Part shown: positions 16,440 through 24,979 of the stretch, piece by piece
Numbering within the stretch: the stretch's first letter is position 1
Layout of the letters: every line of letters begins with the position of its first letter
NCBI GenBank assembly: GCA_016839945.1
Contig: JAEOTE010000053.1
Span: 1 to 25,949 of the forward strand
Length of the DNA stretch: 25,949 bases
Direction: 5' to 3'
Source: Candidatus Heimdallarchaeota archaeon
Lineage (GTDB): Archaea > Asgardarchaeota > Heimdallarchaeia > Heimdallarchaeales > Heimdallarchaeaceae
Program-made: the position numbers and the translations under genes
The notes under the pieces: generated by a model
The model's input: the letters and a program-made list of their open reading frames with translations, nothing else
Databases searched by the model: none
Told to the model about the DNA's origin: nothing

Positions 16440-17612
16440 ATGAACGAAACTGAACCAACTAGTGTTAAAGAAATTCTAATTGAAATGAAAACGCTCTCAG
16501 AAATATGCGTAGATTTAGCTTTCGCCTCATTACTTTATACTGATAAACTTGTAGCTGAACAGGTTTTAGTGATTGAGGAGAAAATAGATGAACTCTACAA
16601 AAAACTTCTTGATCATCTCTCATTATCAATAAAAAGCCAAAGTCTTGCAGAACAACTCAGAATTTACTATATAATTGGAGAAGCAAGTAACATAATCTCA
16701 GATTCAGCTGCGGATATGGCTTCTTTGGTGTTGATGGGTTATGAGGTAGAAGATGAAATTAAGAAAATTCAACAACATATGGATCAACTAGTAGATTTGA
16801 TTACATTAGAAGGTTCTTCTACTCTCTGTGGAGAATCAGAGCTTTCAGCTGATTTGCACGATATGATTGGTATTGATATAGTCGGAATAATAAGACCAGA
16901 AGATGGATTGTTAACCACTTATGATGAAGTAATGAAATCTGGAGACTTGCTCATTTTCAGAGGACCTTTACCAAATGTTAACCAATTTATTAGATTAGCA
17001 AAGGGAGAAATAAGCACAGTAGAACAAGCTCGAATTGAGATAATAGAACAAAATGATGTTGAACCTGATACAAAACTCAAATATCATCAAGATCTGCTAG
17101 TGACAATGAAAGAAACTGCAGAATTAGTTGTTGATCTCGCTTACTTGTATGCATTAGAAGATCTAAAACAATTAAACAATCTTATACTTATAACAGAAGA
17201 CAAAATAGATAACTTGCAGTTTCAATTAATTGAAGAGGTTCTAAGGTTATACAAACAAGATTTAATTGGAAAGAAAACTTTAATGGCTTATCTATGGATG
17301 GCAGATTCCTTTGAAGAGATAGCTGATGCAGCTATCAAAATCGCTTTTGGAGTATCACCAAGACACAAGCCCTATGAATTACTAGAAGAAGTTATTGATT
17401 ATTCATCTGAAGCTCTAGATTATATCCATGTAACTAAAGATTCTCCATATATTGGGAAATCAGTAAAAGAAGCAGAATACCTTGATGATTTTATGCAAAT
17501 CTTAGCTGTAAGAAAGAAAGGACAATATTTCTTCTTCCCAAAAGATGATGCAAAGATTCATGCCGGAGATGGATTACTAATCAAAGAATACTCCAGTCCA
17601 GAAGATGAGTGA
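16440..17612 (+). CDS. Tandemly duplicated PhoU + TrkA-C (RCK_C) domain protein (COG3273-like)
   Basis: Two repeats of L..MK..E..VDLA...EE/EDKID.L...I.D.A...A, each followed by an RCK_C-like segment (IVGIIR...GDLLIFRG; ILAVRK...P.....IHAGDGLLI). Confidence 0.85.
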   Translation: MNETEPTSVKEILIEMKTLSEICVDLAFASLLYTDKLVAEQVLVIEEKIDELYKKLLDHLSLSIKSQSLAEQLRIYYIIGEASNIISDSAADMASLVLMGYEVEDEIKKIQQHMDQLVDLITLEGSSTLCGESELSADLHDMIGIDIVGIIRPEDGLLTTYDEVMKSGDLLIFRGPLPNVNQFIRLAKGEISTVEQARIEIIEQNDVEPDTKLKYHQDLLVTMKETAELVVDLAYLYALEDLKQLNNLILITEDKIDNLQFQLIEEVLRLYKQDLIGKKTLMAYLWMADSFEEIADAAIKIAFGVSPRHKPYELLEEVIDYSSEALDYIHVTKDSPYIGKSVKEAEYLDDFMQILAVRKKGQYFFFPKDDAKIHAGDGLLIKEYSSPEDE

Positions 17613-17624
17613 AACCAAAAAACC

Positions 17625-18452
17625 TCATAGATGAGAATTAATCCATTTTTCTAAATCTGCGAAAGCTTCATCTCGTTTTTCTTTGGTTTCAGTATACATC
17701 TCATGCCATCCATCAGGATAAATCTTAACTGTTAAGTCTGTGTTTTTAAGATCATCTATTAGCTCATCTATATTGATAACTAATTTATCTAATTCTCCTT
17801 TCTGAATTAAAACAGGAATTTTGATTGCTCCAATTTTGTCTTTAATTTCAGGATAATGTTTAACGAAAGCATATCCATATGATGCAGTAGCTTTTTTGTA
17901 ATTTATTAAAGGATCATTAATATAATCTTCAACTGATTCTGGGTCAGATGAAAGTTCCTCTGGAATGATGCCTGCTGATCCCATAAAAGTTGGCCAAATT
18001 TTAACCATAACACGAGCTAATAATTCAAGTGGTTTTGGGAGAGGTACTCCAGTTCCAGATCCTGATAAAACTAATCCTTTCAGCTCTTTCTGATATTTTA
18101 TTGCGTATCGTTGACTTACTAAAGAACCCATGGAGTGTCCAACAAGGAATAGTGGTTTTCCTTTTTGCTCTTTTTTGATTATTTTTGTTAATTGATAACA
18201 ATCTTCAACAAATTCATCAAAACTTCCAATATGATTTCTTCTTCCTTCACTTTTTCCATTACCACGATGATCATTTCCATAAACAGCAATTCCTGATGAA
18301 GTAAGATAGTCCACAAGGTGCTTATATCTTCCAATGTGTTCTACACCGCCATGAACAATTTGAACAATAGCTTTTGGTTTTTCAGGAACCCAAGATTGGT
18401 AATATATTTTATAGTTTTTTAAACCTTGAAAGTGGTTTTCATTATATTGCAT
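17625..18452 (-). CDS. Alpha/beta hydrolase, lysophospholipase/monoacylglycerol lipase family
   Basis: IVHGGVEHIGRY, DHRGNGKS, nucleophile GHSMG, acid GELDKLV, His in DGWHEM. ATG 18452 (MQYNENHF) preferred over track start 18509. Confidence 0.92.
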   Translation of the reverse strand: MQYNENHFQGLKNYKIYYQSWVPEKPKAIVQIVHGGVEHIGRYKHLVDYLTSSGIAVYGNDHRGNGKSEGRRNHIGSFDEFVEDCYQLTKIIKKEQKGKPLFLVGHSMGSLVSQRYAIKYQKELKGLVLSGSGTGVPLPKPLELLARVMVKIWPTFMGSAGIIPEELSSDPESVEDYINDPLINYKKATASYGYAFVKHYPEIKDKIGAIKIPVLIQKGELDKLVINIDELIDDLKNTDLTVKIYPDGWHEMYTETKEKRDEAFADLEKWINSHL

Positions 18453-18568
18453 AAAAATAAGAAAACAGAACTTATTCAAAAAACTTACTAGAGAGTATAA
18501 TATCTGCATAAAAGTTAAAACACAAAGGTTTTAAGGACTTCAATGATTAATCAATAAGAAGGGATACC

Positions 18569-19576
18569 ATGTCTTTAAGAGGATTCATTATCAGAAGAGT
18601 TCTTTATATTGTTCCTCTTATGTTAGGTATAACTTTAATGAATTTTACAATGATAAATGTAAGTCCAGGTGATCCCGTTATTGTAAGATTAGGATTAATT
18701 CAGTGTAATACAGTAGAATGTTACAATAATGCGTACAACAGAGAAGCAATAGAAATGGGTCTGTTAAGCAAAGATCTATACACAGTTCCATGGTTTGAAA
18801 GATATATTGATTTTGTTAGCAATTTATTACATCTAGACTTTGGAAGAAGCTGGTATTATGAACAAGCAGGACAAGGAGTAGAAATTACGGAACTGCTAAA
18901 AACTCATGCACCTTATACAGTTATCCTAAACTTAATATCCTTTATACTATCGCTTGTTCTTTCAACTGCAATAGGTGTAGTATCAGCAACAAGAATGAGA
19001 TCATTCTGGGATAGAAGTCTAACAGTAGCAATGTTACTCGGATATAGTATGCCTCTTTTCTGGATCGCAAAGTTGTTAATGTATGTCTCATACAATCTAT
19101 TCAATTTTACAGGAGTAACAAATAAGGACGCATTTGTTAAACCATTAGTTTTAAATCCAAATTTCTACAAATACTTGATTTTGCCAACATTAGCGTTGAC
19201 TCTAGGACATCTTGTGTTTATGGCGAGATTAATGCGATCACAATTATTGGAAATACTAAGACAAGATTATGTAACAACGGCAAAGGCAAAAGGAGTACCA
19301 AAAAGAGGAGTAATTTACAAACATGCCTTCAGAAACGGATTGTTACCAATTGTAACGATAGTAGGAAACTCACTACCAGGATTACTAAGCGGAAGTGTGA
19401 TGGTAGAGACAATTTATGGGTGGCCTGGGCTAGGAACGATATTTCTGCAAGGAGCTCTATTCAGAGACTACCCTCTTATGATGGCTACGAACACGATCTT
19501 CCCATTCTTATTCTTAGTGGCGCGTCTGCTTACGGATGTTACTTATGTGTTCATAGATCCTCGAATAAAATATTGA
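18569..19576 (+). CDS. ABC peptide/nickel transporter permease, OppB/DppB type (copy 1)
   Basis: PGDP, LDFG.SW, EAA loop LRQDYVTTAKAKG, KHAFRNGLLP, GWPGLG, RDYP, DPRIKY end. Confidence 0.95.
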   Translation: MSLRGFIIRRVLYIVPLMLGITLMNFTMINVSPGDPVIVRLGLIQCNTVECYNNAYNREAIEMGLLSKDLYTVPWFERYIDFVSNLLHLDFGRSWYYEQAGQGVEITELLKTHAPYTVILNLISFILSLVLSTAIGVVSATRMRSFWDRSLTVAMLLGYSMPLFWIAKLLMYVSYNLFNFTGVTNKDAFVKPLVLNPNFYKYLILPTLALTLGHLVFMARLMRSQLLEILRQDYVTTAKAKGVPKRGVIYKHAFRNGLLPIVTIVGNSLPGLLSGSVMVETIYGWPGLGTIFLQGALFRDYPLMMATNTIFPFLFLVARLLTDVTYVFIDPRIKY

Positions 19577-19591
19577 TATACATATTTTCTT
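19556..19591 (+). repeat. 36-bp direct repeat, left copy (oppB1 codons DPRIKY-stop plus 15 nt)
   Basis: GATCCTCGAATAAAATATTGATATACATATTTTCTT, identical to 20865-20900. Confidence 0.95.
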
Positions 19592-19666
19592 ATTTTATCT
19601 TAGGCTTGCGAAAAATTTTTCTATATCAATTTTCTATAATTGTTTATTAGAAACTTACTGATTCTT

Positions 19667-20773
19667 ATGAAAAATATAAAAGCAGTCTCTCTTCTTTTCA
19701 CTTCAATACTTTTACTGATAATCCTTTGTCAATCAGTTAAATTGACTCAAACTGAAATTAACTCCTTAAACCAAAGCAACGCTCTCAATGATTCTGAATC
19801 AATACTCATAGGTGATTATCTTTATGATTGGCATAATTATTCTTTTGAAGGTGAAGGCACAGAAGAAAGGCCGTTTATTATTAAAGATTTAAATATTACT
19901 TCAGAAGACAATACTCCTTTTTTAGGGGGATATTCTGGCAATCCTCAATATGGTATTAGAATTGCAAATACTGACAAATATTTTAAAATTGAAAACTGTT
20001 TTATCAATGTTTATGGACCCGCTGTGCGCCTAATTAATGTTTCCTCGTGTATTGGTATAAACAAAATAATTTCTTCTAACTCGGATTATAATCGAATAAA
20101 CTTAGAGGGTGTTTCTAATTTAGCAATAACAAATAATTCTGTAGGTGTTTCAGGTATAAATTGTTCATCTATTTATATTTCAGAAACGACAATGGATAGT
20201 ACAGATGGAATTACGTTTAAAAATTCACATGCAATATCCATTACTAAATGTCAAATTACCGGTTGTTATAGGGGCATGTCTATAACAGATTCTAATAGCG
20301 TTATTATAGATAATAATACAATCTCTTCTTGTACTATAAGAGGCATATCAATGAGAAAGGTCTCTAATTCCATAATTTCTGAAAATGTTTTCAAAGAGAA
20401 TGGTCATGAAAGTATAGGTGAACTCTTTTTTGGAGGGGGTATCGTGTTGGCTGAAGCATCTCATTGTGTAATATATTCCAATTCATTTATAGATAACTAT
20501 ATTTTTGAAGAATCACAATGCTACGATAGTAAAAACAATGAAACTTATTGGTATAATGAACAATTAAAGATGGGAAATTATTGGAACGATTTGAAGAAAA
20601 ATGTTGATGAATATCAAATTGCTGGTCCATCTAACTCAAAAGATATCTATCCTTTGAGGAAACCACACTATCGGGATGCTTCCTTTACTAATTTTACGTT
20701 TTTACAGATTATTGTCCCTCTTACTTTACTTACATTTTTTATAATTAGAAGATCAAAAAATAAGGAATTATAG
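19667..20773 (+). CDS. NosD-like right-handed parallel beta-helix surface protein
   Basis: Signal peptide; GEGTEERPFII; repeated I.NN.I....GI turns; GNYWND...KDIYPL cap; C-terminal TM plus RRSKNK. ATG 19667 preferred over TTG 19640. Confidence 0.88.
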   Translation: MKNIKAVSLLFTSILLLIILCQSVKLTQTEINSLNQSNALNDSESILIGDYLYDWHNYSFEGEGTEERPFIIKDLNITSEDNTPFLGGYSGNPQYGIRIANTDKYFKIENCFINVYGPAVRLINVSSCIGINKIISSNSDYNRINLEGVSNLAITNNSVGVSGINCSSIYISETTMDSTDGITFKNSHAISITKCQITGCYRGMSITDSNSVIIDNNTISSCTIRGISMRKVSNSIISENVFKENGHESIGELFFGGGIVLAEASHCVIYSNSFIDNYIFEESQCYDSKNNETYWYNEQLKMGNYWNDLKKNVDEYQIAGPSNSKDIYPLRKPHYRDASFTNFTFLQIIVPLTLLTFFIIRRSKNKEL

Positions 20774-20864
20774 TACTTATTAGTAATCTCTTTATTTTTA
20801 GTTTTATATTGCATATTTCATTTTGTCACTTAGTTGTATCTCTCAAATAATTTGTGTTTTCATC

Positions 20865-20900
20865 GATCCTCGAATAAAATATTGATATACATATTTTCTT
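20865..20900 (+). repeat. 36-bp direct repeat, right copy (orphan oppB 3'-end fragment)
   Basis: Identical to 19556-19591 at an offset of 1309 bp; degenerate leftward extension reads tgt gtt ttc atc gat cct cga ata aaa tat tga (CVFIDPRIKY-stop). Confidence 0.95.
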
Positions 20901-20967
20901 CTCTTTTCTACGAAATCTATTTAAATTCTTGATTTTATAAACTATGCATATATAATCCTGTGATATT

Positions 20968-21975
20968 ATGTCTCTGAAAGGATTTATTGTTAAAAGATTT
21001 CTTTATATCATCCCAGTTATGTTAGGTATTACACTATTAAATTTCACAATAATTCAAACAGCTCCAGGTGATCCTGTAATTGTAAGATTGGGACTGATTC
21101 AGTGTAATACGGTGGAATGTTACAATAATGCGTATAACAAGGAAGCTATAGAAATGGGCCTGTTAAGCAAAGATCTATACACAATTCCTTGGTTTGAAAG
21201 ATATATAGATTTTGTAAATAATTTATTACATCTTGATTTTGGAAAAAGCTGGTACTATCAACAAGCAGGGGAAGGAAGGTCAATATCGCAGATAATAGCT
21301 GAGAAAGCTGTTTATACAATAACCCTCAATCTAATATCATTTTTATTTTCTCTACTCTTATCAACTGCTATTGGAGTAATCTCAGCAACTAGACAAAACT
21401 CTTTCTGGGACAGAAGTTTAACTGTAGCAATGTTACTTGGATACTCATTACCTCTTTTCTGGCTAGCTAAGTTGTTAATGTTAATGTCCTTCTATATGTT
21501 CAAATTCACAGGAGTAGCAAACAAGGATGCATTTAAGACTCCTTTAATTACCAACGGGAATTTTTACAAATATCTTATCCTACCAACACTTGCTTTAACA
21601 TTAGGAAGCTTAGTCTTCATGGCTAGATTAATTAGATCTCAACTGCTAGAAATATTGCGACAAGATTACGTAGTCACTGCAAAAGCAAAAGGATTAGATA
21701 GAAGAGCAGTAATTTACAAACATGCTTTCAGAAATGGTCTTCTTCCAATAGTTACTCTTGTTGGTCTTAATCTTCCATACATGATTGTTGGTTCTGTTAT
21801 GATAGAAAGAGTCTTCGGATGGCCAGGTTTGGGAACAGTATTCCTTGAAGGCGCACTATTTCGTGACTACCCCCTTATGATGGCTTCTAATACCATCTTT
21901 CCTTTGCTCTTTCTCGTTTTTAGACTACTTACGGATATCACGTATGCCTTCATTGATCCTCGAATCAAATATTAA
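20968..21975 (+). CDS. ABC peptide/nickel transporter permease, OppB/DppB type (copy 2)
   Basis: 335 aa, gap-free alignment to copy 1, roughly 78% identical by my manual count; same motifs. Confidence 0.95.
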   Translation: MSLKGFIVKRFLYIIPVMLGITLLNFTIIQTAPGDPVIVRLGLIQCNTVECYNNAYNKEAIEMGLLSKDLYTIPWFERYIDFVNNLLHLDFGKSWYYQQAGEGRSISQIIAEKAVYTITLNLISFLFSLLLSTAIGVISATRQNSFWDRSLTVAMLLGYSLPLFWLAKLLMLMSFYMFKFTGVANKDAFKTPLITNGNFYKYLILPTLALTLGSLVFMARLIRSQLLEILRQDYVVTAKAKGLDRRAVIYKHAFRNGLLPIVTLVGLNLPYMIVGSVMIERVFGWPGLGTVFLEGALFRDYPLMMASNTIFPLLFLVFRLLTDITYAFIDPRIKY

Positions 21976-22126
21976 TTTCTATTCTAATTTTTATCATTAA
22001 TTTTTTGATAAATGTTGTAATTTTGTAGATCTTAGTTGAGACAATGCCATTATTCTGGGTCGAAAAAAATCATTTAGATAATAGCAAAAAATTAAAAATC
22101 TCCCCCTCTTAAAATAAACTGAAATA

Positions 22127-23836
22127 ATGACTATTAGTTTTACTAAAATACTCAAATCCATGCTTCTCCCTTTTATGTGGGTTATTGGTATCTTGCTATA
22201 CCTAATAGTTGTTCTTGCTAAATTTTTCTTCATGTTGTATGAGACTCTTATCCCTCGAGGATTAAGAGAACTTGTTCCTATTTTGAATCTTTGGCGAAAA
22301 TATTTAGTCTATGTTTCAAATCTCTTCTCTAGCCACGAGAAGATTGAGTTAATTAAAGTTGAAGAAGAATTTGATGAAATGATAATTGTTGAGGATCGTA
22401 TCAACAAAGCCTATCCTATTCAACGAGGAGTCGGTGAAACTTATGATCATGTTTTGATTCTAGCTTTAGTTATTGTTGCTTCTTTACTTATCATCCAAAG
22501 TCAAACTGCTAGTTTCGATGTTCTACTTGATGAAATAGTTAGTAGAGTTCCATGGTTTCAAACATTAAGTGAGAGAGCTTTATGGTTAGTAATAACAGTT
22601 ATAGCTATTATTTGTTCAACAGTCATGGGTATGTTGAGTTTCATAGCAACAGTTTTCGGTCCAATATATGCCCTCTTTCATAAATCTAGTTTGAGAATGG
22701 TTAGAATGGGGGCATACAGATGGGGATCTTATTTTCAAAGATTAGAGGATTTGTTTGCCTTGCCGTATCTAGCAAGCAAGGCGAGTTTTTCGTTTTTCGA
22801 TGCCCCTCCAATATCACCTGAGACGTATGAAGAATTTAAGATTGATTTAATGGGTGACTTAAGCGATTTAAGAAAGAGATTCACTAATGTTCTTAATCTC
22901 AATCCGACATCTCTTTCTGAAAAAACCCAAGCAGTTTATAAAAAATTACTTTCCTCAACGATAGAAGATAGGTTGGACATGACGCAAGTAGAGGATTCAA
23001 TTTCTCGAGCTTTTGCTTTAGAAATATGGCAGAAAGAAACGTCTCTTTTTCCATGGAAAAAAGAACCAGGTTTAGCCCTATTTGCTGAGCGAAATAATCT
23101 ATCTTACAAAGAAGCTAGAACCACCTTTGGTTTTGTTACTCAGAAACTTCAAGATAAATTTGTTTCAAAACCTTTCTATAGTTCAATTCTTCTTACTGGT
23201 GCTTTGAAGGGTGTACTAGCAGTTGAAAGTAAATATGATATGCCTTTTAGTGATTTAGAATATAATCAAATTGCTTTTTCTTTAGCATTAGGTGCACAAA
23301 GATATATTATAGATCATTTCACTAGACCTAAATTCTTCAAAAGATTAGGAATTAAACTAAAAAACGTTTCATATGGTTTTGCTGTCCCCTTTATAGAATT
23401 TTTTGATATTTTTATCTCATATGGAAAGCATATTGGACGCAATTTTAAAGAGATTTTTTCAAAAGGTTGGACTAAAAGAGCTGGTATATTCATTAGTTCA
23501 AGATTCACAGAAATTCAAACAGGTTTATTCAAGGTAGTTTTTCCCGAAGAAAAAACTGCTGAAACAGAGGAATCAACAAAGAAGGAATTAAAAGAAGCTT
23601 TTGGTATGTTATGGAAAAGCATCCTCTTTGTTTTCAAAGTCATTCTAGCATTACCACTGAGTTTATTCTACATGCTAAAATTCTTCTATCAGCTCTTTAT
23701 AGGGATATGGGAATTTAGAAAACCTGAAGTCAGAAAGAAAAGGAAATTCGAAAAAGATTTAGCTAAAGAATCTATGGTTGCTATGTATCAAGAAATTTAC
23801 TCGAAGATGGTACTGGAAACATTCTACTATACTTGA
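22127..23836 (+). CDS. Uncharacterised multi-pass membrane protein, paralog 3 of 3 (most divergent)
   Basis: PRGLRELVP, KAYPIQRGVGE, FGPIYALFH, GAYRW, SFSFFDAPPISPET, RAFALEIWQKETSLFPW, GALKG, DLEYNQIAFSLALGAQRY, ESMVAMYQEIYSK. Confidence 0.9.
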   Translation: MTISFTKILKSMLLPFMWVIGILLYLIVVLAKFFFMLYETLIPRGLRELVPILNLWRKYLVYVSNLFSSHEKIELIKVEEEFDEMIIVEDRINKAYPIQRGVGETYDHVLILALVIVASLLIIQSQTASFDVLLDEIVSRVPWFQTLSERALWLVITVIAIICSTVMGMLSFIATVFGPIYALFHKSSLRMVRMGAYRWGSYFQRLEDLFALPYLASKASFSFFDAPPISPETYEEFKIDLMGDLSDLRKRFTNVLNLNPTSLSEKTQAVYKKLLSSTIEDRLDMTQVEDSISRAFALEIWQKETSLFPWKKEPGLALFAERNNLSYKEARTTFGFVTQKLQDKFVSKPFYSSILLTGALKGVLAVESKYDMPFSDLEYNQIAFSLALGAQRYIIDHFTRPKFFKRLGIKLKNVSYGFAVPFIEFFDIFISYGKHIGRNFKEIFSKGWTKRAGIFISSRFTEIQTGLFKVVFPEEKTAETEESTKKELKEAFGMLWKSILFVFKVILALPLSLFYMLKFFYQLFIGIWEFRKPEVRKKRKFEKDLAKESMVAMYQEIYSKMVLETFYYT

Positions 23837-23875
23837 AACCCTAAAAGTTATGAATGACAAATTTTTCTATATCCT

Positions 23876-24976
23876 ATGTCTGATGAGAGATGTAGACTTA
23901 GAGATTTAGGATTGAAAGTGGGTACTCTGGAAACTGGAAAGCTGAATTCAATTACTGATGTTCCAGGAGTGAAAGTAGGACATTACACTATTATCGAAGG
24001 AGAGGGAAAACTACAACCTGGTAAAGGACCAATTCGTACAGGAGTAACCGTTATTTTACCACATGAAGGCAATGTCTATAGAGAAAAAGTAAGAGCAAGT
24101 TCTTTCGTTCTAAATGGGTATGGAAAAACAATTGGTCTTGTGCAAGTGAATGAATTAGGGTATATAGAATCTCTTATCGGATTAACTAATACACTTAACA
24201 TTCCAATAGTAGCTGATGCATTAATTGATTATCATTTGAAAGATAATCCTGACATAGGTATCTCAACATCATCTATAGGTGTAGTTGTTGGAGAATGCAA
24301 TGACGGATATCTAAATGATTTGCAAGGAAGGCATGTTAAGAAAGAGCATGTTTTCAAAGCAATTAAAGCAGCTAGTGTAAATGTTGAAGAAGGATGCGTT
24401 GGTGCAGGTACAGGCATGACAGCTTTTAGATTAAAAGCTGGTATTGGAACCTCTTCACGAAAAATTCCTACTACAGATTCTGAATACATTGTTGGAGTTT
24501 TAGTTTTGTCTAATTTTGGACATAAAAAAGAGTTTACTATCTTAGGTAAGAAATATTATGAAGAATCAGCTGAAGATACAGATGAACATCAAGAAAAGAA
24601 AGAAGATGGTTCAATTATTATAATCGTAACAACCAATGCACCATTAGATTCTAGACAGCTCAATAGATTAGCTAAACGAGCTCCTATGGGTTTATCTCGT
24701 ACAGGAAGTTATGCATCATATGGTTCAGGTGATATTATTATCGTTTTTTCAACTGAAAATAAAATTAATCATGACATGAAGGATGATGCGTATCAAATAA
24801 CTACATTAAATGAATCAACGAAATTATTCAACTCTTTATTAAAAGCTGTAGTAGAAGCTACAGAAGAAGCAATTCTTAATTCCTTATTTTCTTCAAAAAC
24901 CATGAAAGGTCGAGATGATAGAATAATTGAAGCTATTTCAATAGAAAAAATAAAAGAAATGTTTGAAGTGGTTTAA
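23876..24976 (+). CDS. dmpA: DmpA/peptidase S58 (P1) L-aminopeptidase/D-esterase
   Basis: NSITDVPGVKVGH, RTGVTVILP, NGYGK, GECNDGYLND, VGAGTGM, autoprocessing G/SIII site (EDGSIII), GSGD, EATEEAILNS. Confidence 0.93.
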   Translation: MSDERCRLRDLGLKVGTLETGKLNSITDVPGVKVGHYTIIEGEGKLQPGKGPIRTGVTVILPHEGNVYREKVRASSFVLNGYGKTIGLVQVNELGYIESLIGLTNTLNIPIVADALIDYHLKDNPDIGISTSSIGVVVGECNDGYLNDLQGRHVKKEHVFKAIKAASVNVEEGCVGAGTGMTAFRLKAGIGTSSRKIPTTDSEYIVGVLVLSNFGHKKEFTILGKKYYEESAEDTDEHQEKKEDGSIIIIVTTNAPLDSRQLNRLAKRAPMGLSRTGSYASYGSGDIIIVFSTENKINHDMKDDAYQITTLNESTKLFNSLLKAVVEATEEAILNSLFSSKTMKGRDDRIIEAISIEKIKEMFEVV

Positions 24977-24979
24977 CTT

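Noticed and set aside
19610-19621. Palindrome GAAAAATTTTTC near the left end of the cassette
   Set aside because: Low complexity, expected by chance in AT-rich DNA; may simply be part of the promoter.
19640-20773. True nosD (nitrous oxide reductase maturation)
   Set aside because: No nosZ/F/Y neighbours; only the generic beta-helix fold is supported.
19556-20900. CRISPR repeat, IS target-site duplication or diversity-generating retroelement TR/VR pair
   Set aside because: Only two copies 1.3 kb apart; too long for a typical IS duplication and no TIR or transposase; no reverse transcriptase in the window and mismatches are not adenine-specific.
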